From the NCBI RefSeq assembly GCF_032444005.1, contig NC_091288.1, positions 198,586,001-198,650,000 of the forward strand: a stretch of DNA of 64,000 nucleotides, given 5' to 3'. The DNA comes from Ranitomeya imitator. Lineage: Eukaryota. Positions 1 to 13,100 of this stretch are shown here, piece after piece. The notes under the pieces are model-generated. The model ran no database searches. It was given only the letters and a program-made list of their open reading frames with translations, and was not told where the DNA came from. Made by a program: the position numbers and the translations under genes. The stretch's first letter is position 1; each line of letters begins with the position of its first letter.

Positions 1-190
1 GATACACAGTGATGTGCAGATCGGGAGGACGGCGGCGATGATCCCGGGATTTCCTCTCCGCTCTTTCCCGGCATCTCTGCTAGTGACGGCTACAAATGGC
101 CGGTGGAGATGTTGGAGAAGGGGAGGCGACGGAGGAATCGCGCTCTGCTGTCCGGTGTTAGCCGGTAAAGGGCTTTTATCCCGGGCAGGG

Positions 191-325
191 AAGCACAAGG
201 GGAGAGCGGAGCTTCACTCGGACTCAGCTGGGAGGGGGCGGGGCCTGTGTCCAGTGTCAGCCAATAGAAGCTCAGGACGGTGCTGCTCAGCAGCCAATCA
301 GTGCGCAGTAAGCCTGTACATATAA
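191..325 (+). promoter_or_regulatory. Histone H1 promoter
   Basis: H1-box-like AAGCACA (191-197; consensus AAACACA), GC box GGGGCGGGG (235-243), CCAAT (261-265, 294-298) and TATAA (321-325), in the usual vertebrate H1 order. Confidence 0.75.
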
Positions 326-400
326 CAGGCGCCTCCAGCTCCGGCCTCAGTGTTTTCCTTCCTATCAGGAAATATTTTCATTTTGCTTCAGCAGCACATG

Positions 401-1036
401 ATGGCAGAGACCGCGCCAGCCGCCGCTCCCCCTCCCGCAGAACCGGCCGCCAAATCCAAGAAGCAGCCGAAGAAATCTGCTGCCAAGAAGAGCAATAAAC
501 CCTCCGGCCCCAGCGTCTCCGAGCTGATCGTGAAAGCCGTGTCCGCCTCCAAGGAGCGCAGCGGGGTGTCTCTGGCCGCCCTGAAGAAGGCTCTGTCTGC
601 TGGAGGATACGATGTAGAGAAGAACAACAGCCGCCTGAAGCTGGCCGTCAAGGCTCTGGTCACCAAGGGCGCCCTCCTCCAGGTGAAAGGCAGCGGCGCC
701 TCCGGGTCCTTCAAGCTGAACAAGAAGCAGGAGACGAAGGACAAAGTGGCCAAGACGAAGCCAGCAGCTGCGGCCAAACCTAAGAAACCCGCTGCTGCCA
801 AGAAAGCCGCCAAATCTCCGAAGAAGCCCAAGAAGGCTCCGACTGCGGCCAAGAAGAGCCCGAAAAAGGCCAAGAAGCCCGCAGCTGCCAAGAAAGCGGC
901 CAAGAGCCCCAAGAAGCCGAAAGCCGCTCCCAAGCCCAAGAAGGTGACGAAGAGTCCGGCTAAGAAGGCGGCCAAACCCGCCAAGAGTCCGGCTAAGAAG
1001 GCTGCGAAAGCAAAGAAGCCCGCGGCTAAGAAATAA
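401..1036 (+). CDS. H1: Linker histone H1 (replication-dependent), copy A; an in-frame ATG also lies at 398
   Basis: MAETAPAA N-tail, globular domain ([12 protein letters not shown]...[14 protein letters not shown]...[13 protein letters not shown]...[13 protein letters not shown]), Lys/Ala/Pro-rich tail with SPKK motifs, no intron, 3' stem-loop. Confidence 0.97.
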   Translation: MAETAPAAAPPPAEPAAKSKKQPKKSAAKKSNKPSGPSVSELIVKAVSASKERSGVSLAALKKALSAGGYDVEKNNSRLKLAVKALVTKGALLQVKGSGASGSFKLNKKQETKDKVAKTKPAAAAKPKKPAAAKKAAKSPKKPKKAPTAAKKSPKKAKKPAAAKKAAKSPKKPKAAPKPKKVTKSPAKKAAKPAKSPAKKAAKAKKPAAKK

Positions 1037-1064
1037 GCTGCAGCCCCTGTTCTGTTACCACAAA

Positions 1065-1105
1065 GGCTCTTATAAGAGCCACCACCTCCTCCCCGCAGAG
1101 CTGTA
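1065..1105 (+). terminator. H1 3' stem-loop and histone downstream element
   Basis: GGCTCT-TATA-AGAGCC (1065-1080), then ACCAC, then AGAGCTGTA at 1097-1105 (complementary to the vertebrate U7 5' end UACAGCUCU). Confidence 0.93.
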
Positions 1106-4100
1106 TGATCAGTGCCACCACCTCCTCCCCGCAGAGCTGTATGATCAGTGCCAACACCTCCTCCCAGCAGAGCTGTATGATCAGAGCCACCATCTCCTCC
1201 CCGCAGAGCTGTATGATCAGTGCCACCTCCTCCTCCCCGCAGAGCTGTATGATCAGAGCCACCACCTCCTCCCCGCAGAACTGTATGATCAGAGCCACCA
1301 TCTCCTCCCCGCAGAGCTGTATGATCAGTGCCACCACTTCCTCCCCGCAGAGCTGTATGATCAGAGCCACCACCTCCTCCCCGCAGAGATGTATGATCAG
1401 AGCCACCACCTCCTCCCCGCAGAGATGTATGATCAGAGCCACCACCTCCTCCCTGCAGAGCTGTATGATCAGAGAAATCACCTCCTCCCCGCAGAGCTGT
1501 ATGATCAGTGCCACCACCTCCTCCCCGCAGAGGTGTATGATCAGTGCCACCACCTCCTCCCCGCAGAGCTGTATGATCAGTGCCACCACCTCCTCCCCGC
1601 AGAGCTGTATGATCAGTGCCACCTCCTCCTCCCCGCAGAGCTGTATGATCAGAGCCACCACCTCTTCCCTGCAGAGCTGTATGATCAGAGAAATCACCTC
1701 CACCCCGCAGAGCTGTATGATCAGAGCCACCACCTACTCCTCCCTGCAGAGCTGTATGATCAGAGAAATCACCTCCACCCCGCAGAGCTGTATGATCAGT
1801 GCCACCACCTTCTCCCCCGCAGAGCTGTATGATCAGAGCCACCACTTCCTCCCCGCAGAGCTGTATAATCAGTGCCACCACCTCCACCCCGCAGAGCTGT
1901 ATGATCAGAGAAATCACCTCCACCCCGCAGAGCTGTATGATCAGAGCCACCACCTCCTCCCCGCAGAGCTGTATGATCAGAGCCACCACCCTCTCCCCGC
2001 AGAGCTGTATAATCAGTGCCACAACCTCCTCCCCGCAGAGCTGTATGATCAGTGCCACCACCCTCTCCCCGCAGAGCTGTATAATCAGTGTCACCACCTC
2101 CTCCCCGCAGAGCTGTATGATCAGTATGATCAGAGCTGTATGATCAGAGAAATCACCTCCTCCCCGCACAGCTGTATGATCAGTACCACCACCTCCTCCC
2201 CGCAGAGCTGTATGATCAGAGCCACCACCTCCTCCCCGCAGAGCTGTATGATCAGAGCCACCACTTCCTCCCCGCAGAGCTGTATAATCAGTGCCACCAC
2301 CTCCACCCCGCAGAGCTGTATGATCAGAGAAATCACCTCCACCCCGCAGAGCTGTATGATCAGAGCCACCACCTCCTCCCCGCAGAGCTGTATGATCAGA
2401 GCCACCACCCTCTCCCCGCAGAGCTGTATAATCAGTGCCACCACCTCCTCCCCGCAGAGCTGTATGATCAGAGAAATCACCTCCTCCCCGCACAGCTGTA
2501 TGATCAGTACCACCACCTCCTCCCCGCAGAGCTGTATGATCAGAGCCACCACCTCCTCCCCGCAGAGCTGTATGATCAGAGCCACCACCTCCTCCCCGCA
2601 GAGCTGTATGATCAGAGCCACCACTTCCTCCCCGCAGAGCTGTATAATCAGTGCCACCACCTCCTCCCCGCAGAGCTGTATGATCAGTGCCACCACCTCC
2701 TCCCCGCAGAGCTGTATGATCAGTGCCACCTCCTCCTCCCCGCAGAGCTGTATGATCAGAGCCACCACCTCCTCCCCGCAGAGCTGTATGATCAGAGCCA
2801 CCACCTCCTCCCCGCAGAGCTGTATGATCAGTGCCACCACCTCCTCCCCGCAGAGCTGTATGATCAGTGCCACCACCTCCTCCCCGCAGAGCTGTATGAT
2901 CAGTGCCACCTCCTCCTCCCCGCAGAGCTGTATGATCAGTGCCACCTCCTCCTCCCCGCAGAGCTGTATGATCAGAGCCACCACCTCCTCCCTGCAGAGC
3001 TGTATGATCAGAGAAATCACCTCCTCCCCGCACAGCTGTATGATCAGTACCACCACCTCCTCCCCGCAGAGCTGTATGATCAGAGCCACCACCTCCTCCC
3101 CGCAGAGCTGTATGATCAGAGCCACCACCTCCTCCCCGCAGAGCTGTATGATCAGAGCCACCTCCTCCTCCCCGCAGAGCTGTATGATCAGTGCCACCAC
3201 CTCCTCCCCGCAGAGCTGTATGATCAGTGCCACCACCTCCTCCCCGCAGAGCTGTATGATCAGTGCCACCTCCTCCTCCCCGCAGAGCTGTATGATCAGA
3301 GCCACCACCTCCTCCCCGCAGAGCTGTATGATCAGAGCCACCACCTCCTCCCTGCAGAGCTGTATGATCAGAGAAATCACCTCCTCCCCGCACAGCTGTA
3401 TGATCAGTACCACCACCTCCTCCCCGCAGAGCTGTATGATCAGAGCCACCACCTCCTCCCCGCAGAGCTGTATGATCAGAGCCACCACCTCCTCCCTGCA
3501 GAGCTGTATGATCAGAGAAATCACCTCCTCCCCGCAGAGCTGTATGATCAGTGCCACCACCTCCTCCCCGCAGAGATGTATGATCAGAGCCACCACCTCC
3601 TCCCCGCAGAGATGTATGATCAGAGCCACCACCTCCTCCCTGCAGAGCTGTATGATCAGAGAAATCACCTCCTCCCCGCAGAGCTGTATGATCAGTGCCA
3701 CCACCTCCTCCCCGCAGAGGTGTATGATCAGTGCCACCACCTCCTCCCCGCAGAGCTGTATGATCAGTGCCACCACCTCCTCCCCGCAGAGCTGTATGAT
3801 CAGTGCCACCTCCTCCTCCCCGCAGAGCTGTATGATCAGAGCCACCACCTCTTCCCTGCAGAGCTGTATGATCAGAGAAATCACCTCCACCCCGCAGAGC
3901 TGTATGATCAGAGCCACCACCTACTCCTCCCTGCAGAGCTGTATGATCAGAGAAATCACCTCCACCCCGCAGAGCTGTATGATCAGTGCCACCACCTTCT
4001 CCCCCGCAGAGCTGTATGATCAGAGCCACCACTTCCTCCCCGCAGAGCTGTATAATCAGTGCCACCACCTCCACCCCGCAGAGCTGTATGATCAGAGAAA

Positions 4101-7100
4101 TCACCTCCACCCCGCAGAGCTGTATGATCAGAGCCACCACCTCCTCCCCGCAGAGCTGTATGATCAGAGCCACCACCCTCTCCCCGCAGAGCTGTATAAT
4201 CAGTGCCACCACCTCCTCCCCGCAGAGCTGTATGATCAGTGCCACCACCCTCTCCCCGCAGAGCTGTATAATCAGTGTCACCACCTCCTCCCCGCAGAGC
4301 TGTATGATCAGTATGATCAGAGCTGTATGATCAGAGAAATCACCTCCTCCCCGCACAGCTGTATGATCAGTACCACCACCTCCTCCCCGCAGAGCTGTAT
4401 GATCAGAGCCACCACCTCCTCCCCGCAGAGCTGTATGATCAGAGCCACCACTTCCTCCCCGCAGAGCTGTATAATCAGTGCCACCACCTCCACCCCGCAG
4501 AGCTGTATGATCAGAGAAATCACCTCCACCCCGCAGAGCTGTATGATCAGAGCCACCACCTCCTCCCCGCAGAGCTGTATGATCAGAGCCACCACCCTCT
4601 CCCCGCAGAGCTGTATAATCAGTGCCACCACCTCCTCCCCGCAGAGCTGTATGATCAGAGAAATCACCTCCTCCCCGCACAGCTGTATGATCAGTACCAC
4701 CACCTCCTCCCCGCAGAGCTGTATGATCAGAGCCACCACCTCCTCCCCGCAGAGCTGTATGATCAGAGCCACCACCTCCTCCCCGCAGAGCTGTATGATC
4801 AGAGCCACCACTTCCTCCCCGCAGAGCTGTATAATCAGTGCCACCACCTCCTCCCCGCAGAGCTGTATGATCAGTGCCACCACCTCCTCCCCGCAGAGCT
4901 GTATGATCAGTGCCACCTCCTCCTCCCCGCAGAGCTGTATGATCAGAGCCACCACCTCCTCCCCGCAGAGCTGTATGATCAGAGCCACCACCTCCTCCCC
5001 GCAGAGCTGTATGATCAGAGCCACCACCTCCTCCCCGCAGAGCTGTATGATCAGTGCCACCACCTCCTCCCCGCAGAGCTGTATGATCAGTGCCACCTCC
5101 TCCTCCCCGCAGAGCTGTATGATCAGTGCCACCTCCTCCTCCCCGCAGAGCTGTATGATCAGAGCCACCACCTCCTCCCCGCAGAGCTGTATGATCAGAG
5201 CCACCACCTCCTCCCTGCAGAGCTGTATGATCAGAGAAATCACCTCCTCCCCGCACAGCTGTATGATCAGTACCACCACCTCCTCCCCGCAGAGCTGTAT
5301 GATCAGAGCCACCACCTCCTCCCCGCAGAGCTGTATGATCAGAGCCACCACCTCCTCCCTGCAGAGCTGTATGATCAGAGAAATCACCTCCTCCCCGCAG
5401 AGCTGTATGATCAGTGCCACCACCTCCTCCCCGCAGAGGTGTATGATCAGTGCCACCACCTCCTCCCCGCAGAGCTGTATGATCAGTGCCACCACCTCCT
5501 CCCCGCAGAGCTGTATGATCAGTGCCACCTCCTCCTCCCCGCAGAGCTGTATGATCAGAGCCACCACCTCTTCCCTGCAGAGCTGTATGATCAGAGAAAT
5601 CACCTCCACCCCGCAGAGCTGTATGATCAGAGCCACCACCTACTCCTCCCTGCAGAGCTGTATGATCAGAGAAATCACCTCCACCCCGCAGAGCTGTATG
5701 ATCAGTGCCACCACCTTCTCCCCCGCAGAGCTGTATGATCAGAGCCACCACTTCCTCCCCGCAGAGCTGTATAATCAGTGCCACCACCTCCACCCCGCAG
5801 AGCTGTATGATCAGAGAAATCACCTCCACCCCGCAGAGCTGTATGATCAGAGCCACCACCTCCTCCCCGCAGAGCTGTATGATCAGAGCCACCACCCTCT
5901 CCCCGCAGAGCTGTATAATCAGTGCCACAACCTCCTCCCCGCAGAGCTGTATGATCAGTGCCACCACCCTCTCCCCGCAGAGCTGTATAATCAGTGTCAC
6001 CACCTCCTCCCCGCAGAGCTGTATGATCAGTATGATCAGAGCTGTATGATCAGAGAAATCACCTCCTCCCCGCACAGCTGTATGATCAGTACCACCACCT
6101 CCTCCCCGCAGAGCTGTATGATCAGAGCCACCACCTCCTCCCCGCAGAGCTGTATGATCAGAGCCACCACTTCCTCCCCGCAGAGCTGTATAATCAGTGC
6201 CACCACCTCCACCCCGCAGAGCTGTATGATCAGAGAAATCACCTCCACCCCGCAGAGCTGTATGATCAGAGCCACCACCTCCTCCCCGCAGAGCTGTATG
6301 ATCAGAGCCACCACCCTCTCCCCGCAGAGCTGTATAATCAGTGCCACCACCTCCTCCCCGCAGAGCTGTATGATCAGAGAAATCACCTCCTCCCCGCACA
6401 GCTGTATGATCAGTACCACCACCTCCTCCCCGCAGAGCTGTATGATCAGAGCCACCACCTCCTCCCCGCAGAGCTGTATGATCAGAGCCACCACCTCCTC
6501 CCCGCAGAGCTGTATGATCAGAGCCACCACTTCCTCCCCGCAGAGCTGTATAATCAGTGCCACCACCTCCTCCCCGCAGAGCTGTATGATCAGTGCCACC
6601 ACCTCCTCCCCGCAGAGCTGTATGATCAGTGCCACCTCCTCCTCCCCGCAGAGCTGTATGATCAGAGCCACCACCTCCTCCCCGCAGAGCTGTATGATCA
6701 GAGCCACCACCTCCTCCCCGCAGAGCTGTATGATCAGTGCCACCACCTCCTCCCCGCAGAGCTGTATGATCAGTGCCACCACCTCCTCCCCGCAGAGCTG
6801 TATGATCAGTGCCACCTCCTCCTCCCCGCAGAGCTGTATGATCAGTGCCACCTCCTCCTCCCCGCAGAGCTGTATGATCAGAGCCACCACCTCCTCCCTG
6901 CAGAGCTGTATGATCAGAGAAATCACCTCCTCCCCGCACAGCTGTATGATCAGTACCACCACCTCCTCCCCGCAGAGCTGTATGATCAGAGCCACCACCT
7001 CCTCCCCGCAGAGCTGTATGATCAGAGCCACCACCTCCTCCCCGCAGAGCTGTATGATCAGAGCCACCTCCTCCTCCCCGCAGAGCTGTATGATCAGTGC

Positions 7101-10100
7101 CACCACCTCCTCCCCGCAGAGCTGTATGATCAGTGCCACCACCTCCTCCCCGCAGAGCTGTATGATCAGTGCCACCTCCTCCTCCCCGCAGAGCTGTATG
7201 ATCAGAGCCACCACCTCCTCCCCGCAGAGCTGTATGATCAGAGCCACCACCTCCTCCCTGCAGAGCTGTATGATCAGAGAAATCACCTCCTCCCCGCACA
7301 GCTGTATGATCAGTACCACCACCTCCTCCCCGCAGAGCTGTATGATCAGAGCCACCACCTCCTCCCCGCAGAGCTGTATGATCAGAGCCACCACCTCCTC
7401 CCTGCAGAGCTGTATGATCAGAGAAATCACCTCCTCCCCGCAGAGCTGTATGATCAGTGCCACCACCTCCTCCCCGCAGAGATGTATGATCAGAGCCACC
7501 ACCTCCTCCCCGCAGAGATGTATGATCAGAGCCACCACCTCCTCCCTGCAGAGCTGTATGATCAGAGAAATCACCTCCTCCCCGCAGAGCTGTATGATCA
7601 GTGCCACCACCTCCTCCCCGCAGAGGTGTATGATCAGTGCCACCACCTCCTCCCCGCAGAGCTGTATGATCAGTGCCACCACCTCCTCCCCGCAGAGCTG
7701 TATGATCAGTGCCACCTCCTCCTCCCCGCAGAGCTGTATGATCAGAGCCACCACCTCTTCCCTGCAGAGCTGTATGATCAGAGAAATCACCTCCACCCCG
7801 CAGAGCTGTATGATCAGAGCCACCACCTACTCCTCCCTGCAGAGCTGTATGATCAGAGAAATCACCTCCACCCCGCAGAGCTGTATGATCAGTGCCACCA
7901 CCTTCTCCCCCGCAGAGCTGTATGATCAGAGCCACCACTTCCTCCCCGCAGAGCTGTATAATCAGTGCCACCACCTCCACCCCGCAGAGCTGTATGATCA
8001 GAGAAATCACCTCCACCCCGCAGAGCTGTATGATCAGAGCCACCACCTCCTCCCCGCAGAGCTGTATGATCAGAGCCACCACCCTCTCCCCGCAGAGCTG
8101 TATAATCAGTGCCACCACCTCCTCCCCGCAGAGCTGTATGATCAGTGCCACCACCCTCTCCCCGCAGAGCTGTATAATCAGTGTCACCACCTCCTCCCCG
8201 CAGAGCTGTATGATCAGTATGATCAGAGCTGTATGATCAGAGAAATCACCTCCTCCCCGCACAGCTGTATGATCAGTACCACCACCTCCTCCCCGCAGAG
8301 CTGTATGATCAGAGCCACCACCTCCTCCCCGCAGAGCTGTATGATCAGAGCCACCACTTCCTCCCCGCAGAGCTGTATAATCAGTGCCACCACCTCCACC
8401 CCGCAGAGCTGTATGATCAGAGAAATCACCTCCACCCCGCAGAGCTGTATGATCAGAGCCACCACCTCCTCCCCGCAGAGCTGTATGATCAGAGCCACCA
8501 CCCTCTCCCCGCAGAGCTGTATAATCAGTGCCACCACCTCCTCCCCGCAGAGCTGTATGATCAGAGAAATCACCTCCTCCCCGCACAGCTGTATGATCAG
8601 TACCACCACCTCCTCCCCGCAGAGCTGTATGATCAGAGCCACCACCTCCTCCCCGCAGAGCTGTATGATCAGAGCCACCACCTCCTCCCCGCAGAGCTGT
8701 ATGATCAGAGCCACCACTTCCTCCCCGCAGAGCTGTATAATCAGTGCCACCACCTCCTCCCCGCAGAGCTGTATGATCAGTGCCACCACCTCCTCCCCGC
8801 AGAGCTGTATGATCAGTGCCACCTCCTCCTCCCCGCAGAGCTGTATGATCAGAGCCACCACCTCCTCCCCGCAGAGCTGTATGATCAGAGCCACCACCTC
8901 CTCCCCGCAGAGCTGTATGATCAGAGCCACCACCTCCTCCCCGCAGAGCTGTATGATCAGTGCCACCACCTCCTCCCCGCAGAGCTGTATGATCAGTGCC
9001 ACCACCTCCTCCCCGCAGAGCTGTATGATCAGTGCCACCTCCTCCTCCCCGCAGAGCTGTATGATCAGTGCCACCTCCTCCTCCCCGCAGAGCTGTATGA
9101 TCAGAGCCACCACCTCCTCCCTGCAGAGCTGTATGATCAGAGAAATCACCTCCTCCCCGCACAGCTGTATGATCAGTACCACCACCTCCTCCCCGCAGAG
9201 CTGTATGATCAGAGCCACCACCTCCTCCCCGCAGAGCTGTATGATCAGAGCCACCACCTCCTCCCCGCAGAGCTGTATGATCAGAGCCACCTCCTCCTCC
9301 CCGCAGAGCTGTATGATCAGTGCCACCACCTCCTCCCCGCAGAGCTGTATGATCAGTGCCACCACCTCCTCCCCGCAGAGCTGTATGATCAGTGCCACCT
9401 CCTCCTCCCCGCAGAGCTGTATGATCAGAGCCACCACCTCCTCCCCGCAGAGCTGTATGATCAGAGCCACCACCTCCTCCCTGCAGAGCTGTATGATCAG
9501 AGAAATCACCTCCTCCCCGCACAGCTGTATGATCAGTACCACCACCTCCTCCCCGCAGAGCTGTATGATCAGAGCCACCACCTCCTCCCCGCAGAGCTGT
9601 ATGATCAGAGCCACCACCTCCTCCCTGCAGAGCTGTATGATCAGAGAAATCACCTCCTCCCCGCAGAGCTGTATGATCAGTGCCACCACCTCCTCCCCGC
9701 AGAGCTGTATGATCAGTGCCACCACCTCCTCCCCGCAGAGCTGTATGATCAGTGCCACCACCTCCTCCCCGCAGAGCTGTATGATCAGTGCCACCACCTC
9801 CTCCCCGCAGAGCTGTATGATCAGTGCCACCTCCTCCTCCCCGCAGAGCTGCATGATCAGTGCCACCACCTCCTCCCCGCAGAGCTGTATGATCAGTGCC
9901 ACCACCTCCTCCCCGCAGAGCTGTATGATCAGTGCCATCACCTCCTCCCCGCAGAGCTGTATGATCAGTGCCACCTCAACCTCCCCGCAGAGCTGTATGA
10001 TCAGAGCCACCACCTCCTCCCTGCAGAGCTGTATGATCAGAGAAATCACCTCCTCCCCGCACAGCTGTATGATCAGTACCACCACCTCCTCCCCGCAGAG

Positions 10101-13100
10101 CTGTATGATCAGTGCCACCACCTCCTCCCCGCACAGCTGTATGATCAGTGCCACCACCTCCTCCCCGCAGAGCTGCATGATCAGAGCCACCACCTCCTCT
10201 CCGCAGAGCTGTATGATCAGAGCCACCACCTCCTCCCTGCAGAGCTGTATGATCAGAGAAATCACCTCCTCCCCGGAGAGCCGTATGATCAGTGCCACCA
10301 CCTTCTCCCCGCAGAGCTGTATGATCAGAGCCACCACATTCTCCTCGCAGAGCTGTAGGATTAGAGCCATCACATCCTCCCCGCAGAGCTGTATGATCAG
10401 TGCCACCACCCTCTCCCCGCAGAGCTGTATGATCAGAGCCACCACCTACTCCCCTCAGACCTGTATGATCAGAGCCATAACCTCCTCCTCCCTGCAGAGC
10501 TGTATGATCAGAGAAATCACCTCCTCCCCGGAGAGCTGTATGATCAGTGCCAACACCTTCTCCCCGCAGAGCTGTATGATCAGTGCCATCACCTCCTCCC
10601 TGCAGAGCTGTATGATCAGTGCCACCACCTCCTCCACGCAGAGCTGTACGATCAGTGCCACCACCTCCTCCCCGCAGAGCTGTATGATCAGTGCCACCAC
10701 TTCCTCCCCGCAGAGCTGTATGATCAGTGCCACCACCTCCTCCCCGCAGAGCTGTATGATCAGTGCCACCACCTCCTCCCCGCAGAGCTGTATGATCAGT
10801 GCCACCTCCTCCTCCCCGCAGAGCTGTATGATCAGTGCCACCACCTCCTCCCCGCAGAGCTGTATCATCAGTGCCACCACCTACTCCTCCCTGCAGAGCT
10901 GTCTGATCAGAGAAATCACCTCCACCCCGCAGAGCTGTATGATCAGTGCCACCACCTTCTCCCCCGCAGAGCTGTATGATCAGTGCCACCACCTCCTCCC
11001 CGCAGAGCTGTATGATCAGAGCCACCACCTCCTCCCTGCAGAGCTGTATGATCAGAGAAATCACCTCCTCCCCGCACAGTTGTATGATCAGTGCCACCAC
11101 CTCCTCCCCGCAGAGCTGTATGATCAGTGCCACCACCTCCTCCCCGCACAGCTGTATGATCAGTGCCACCACCTCCTCCCCGCAGAGCTGCATGATCAGA
11201 GCCACCACCTCCTCCCCGCAGAGCTGTATGATCAGAGCCACCACCTCCTCCCTGCAGAGCTGTATGATCAGAGAAATCACCTCCTCCCCGGAGAGCCGTA
11301 TGATCAGTGCCACCACCTTCTCCCCGCAGAGCTGTATGATCAGAGCCACCACATTCTCCCCGCAGAGCTGTAGGATCAGAGCCATCACCTCCTCCCCGCA
11401 GAGCTGTATGATCAGTGCCACCACCCTCTCCCCGCAGAGCTGTATGATCAGAGCCACCACCTACTCCCCTCAGACCTGTATGATCAGAGCCATAACCTCC
11501 TCCTCCCTGCAGAGCTGTATGATCAGAGAAATCACCTCCTCCCCGGAGAGCTGTATGATCAGTGCCAACACCTCCTCCCCGCAGAGCTGTATGATCAGAG
11601 AAATCACCTCCTCCCCGCACAGCTGTATGATCAGTACCACCACCTCCTCCCCGCAGAGCTGTATGATCAGAGCCACCACCTCCTCCCCGCAGAGCTGTAT
11701 GATCAGAGCCACCACCTCCTCCCCGCAGAGCTGTATGATCAGAGCCACCTCCTCCTCCCCGCAGAGCTGTATGATCAGTGCCACCACCTCCTCCCCGCAG
11801 AGCTGTATGATCAGTGCCACCACCTCCTCCCCGCAGAGCTGTATGATCAGTGCCACCTCCTCCTCCCCGCAGAGCTGTATGATCAGAGCCACCACCTCCT
11901 CCCCGCAGAGCTGTATGATCAGAGCCACCACCTCCTCCCTGCAGAGCTGTATGATCAGAGAAATCACCTCCTCCCCGCACAGCTGTATGATCAGTACCAC
12001 CACCTCCTCCCCGCAGAGCTGTATGATCAGAGCCACCACCTCCTCCCCGCAGAGCTGTATGATCAGAGCCACCACCTCCTCCCTGCAGAGCTGTATGATC
12101 AGAGAAATCACCTCCTCCCCGCAGAGCTGTATGATCAGTGCCACCACCTCCTCCCCGCAGAGCTGTATGATCAGTGCCACCACCTCCTCCCCGCAGAGCT
12201 GTATGATCAGTGCCACCACCTCCTCCCCGCAGAGCTGTATGATCAGTGCCACCACCTCCTCCCCGCAGAGCTGTATGATCAGTGCCACCTCCTCCTCCCC
12301 GCAGAGCTGCATGATCAGTGCCACCACCTCCTCCCCGCAGAGCTGTATGATCAGTGCCACCACCTCCTCCCCGCAGAGCTGTATGATCAGTGCCATCACC
12401 TCCTCCCCGCAGAGCTGTATGATCAGTGCCACCTCAACCTCCCCGCAGAGCTGTATGATCAGAGCCACCACCTCCTCCCTGCAGAGCTGTATGATCAGAG
12501 AAATCACCTCCTCCCCGCACAGCTGTATGATCAGTACCACCACCTCCTCCCCGCAGAGCTGTATGATCAGTGCCACCACCTCCTCCCCGCACAGCTGTAT
12601 GATCAGTGCCACCACCTCCTCCCCGCAGAGCTGCATGATCAGAGCCACCACCTCCTCTCCGCAGAGCTGTATGATCAGAGCCACCACCTCCTCCCTGCAG
12701 AGCTGTATGATCAGAGAAATCACCTCCTCCCCGGAGAGCCGTATGATCAGTGCCACCACCTTCTCCCCGCAGAGCTGTATGATCAGAGCCACCACATTCT
12801 CCTCGCAGAGCTGTAGGATTAGAGCCATCACATCCTCCCCGCAGAGCTGTATGATCAGTGCCACCACCCTCTCCCCGCAGAGCTGTATGATCAGAGCCAC
12901 CACCTACTCCCCTCAGACCTGTATGATCAGAGCCATAACCTCCTCCTCCCTGCAGAGCTGTATGATCAGAGAAATCACCTCCTCCCCGGAGAGCTGTATG
13001 ATCAGTGCCAACACCTTCTCCCCGCAGAGCTGTATGATCAGTGCCATCACCTCCTCCCTGCAGAGCTGTATGATCAGTGCCACCACCTCCTCCACGCAGA

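Noticed and set aside
371-400. Splice-acceptor-like pyrimidine tract plus CAG before the H1 ATG
   Set aside because: A TATA box lies ~75 bp upstream and the gene ends in a stem-loop; pyrimidine-rich leaders are normal for intronless histone genes.
388-1036. Long antisense ORF running through H1 (also 53795-56059)
   Set aside because: Lys/Ala/Pro codon bias of H1 leaves the antisense frame stop-free; no independent evidence.
1105-11373. 3422-aa, 3044-aa and the many other repeat ORFs (also 46.6-55.4 kb) as real genes such as mucin-like, His-rich or Gly-rich proteins
   Set aside because: They are translations of a 36-bp unit that is open on both strands in several frames, start just after a histone stem-loop, and have no promoter, signal peptide or unique domain.
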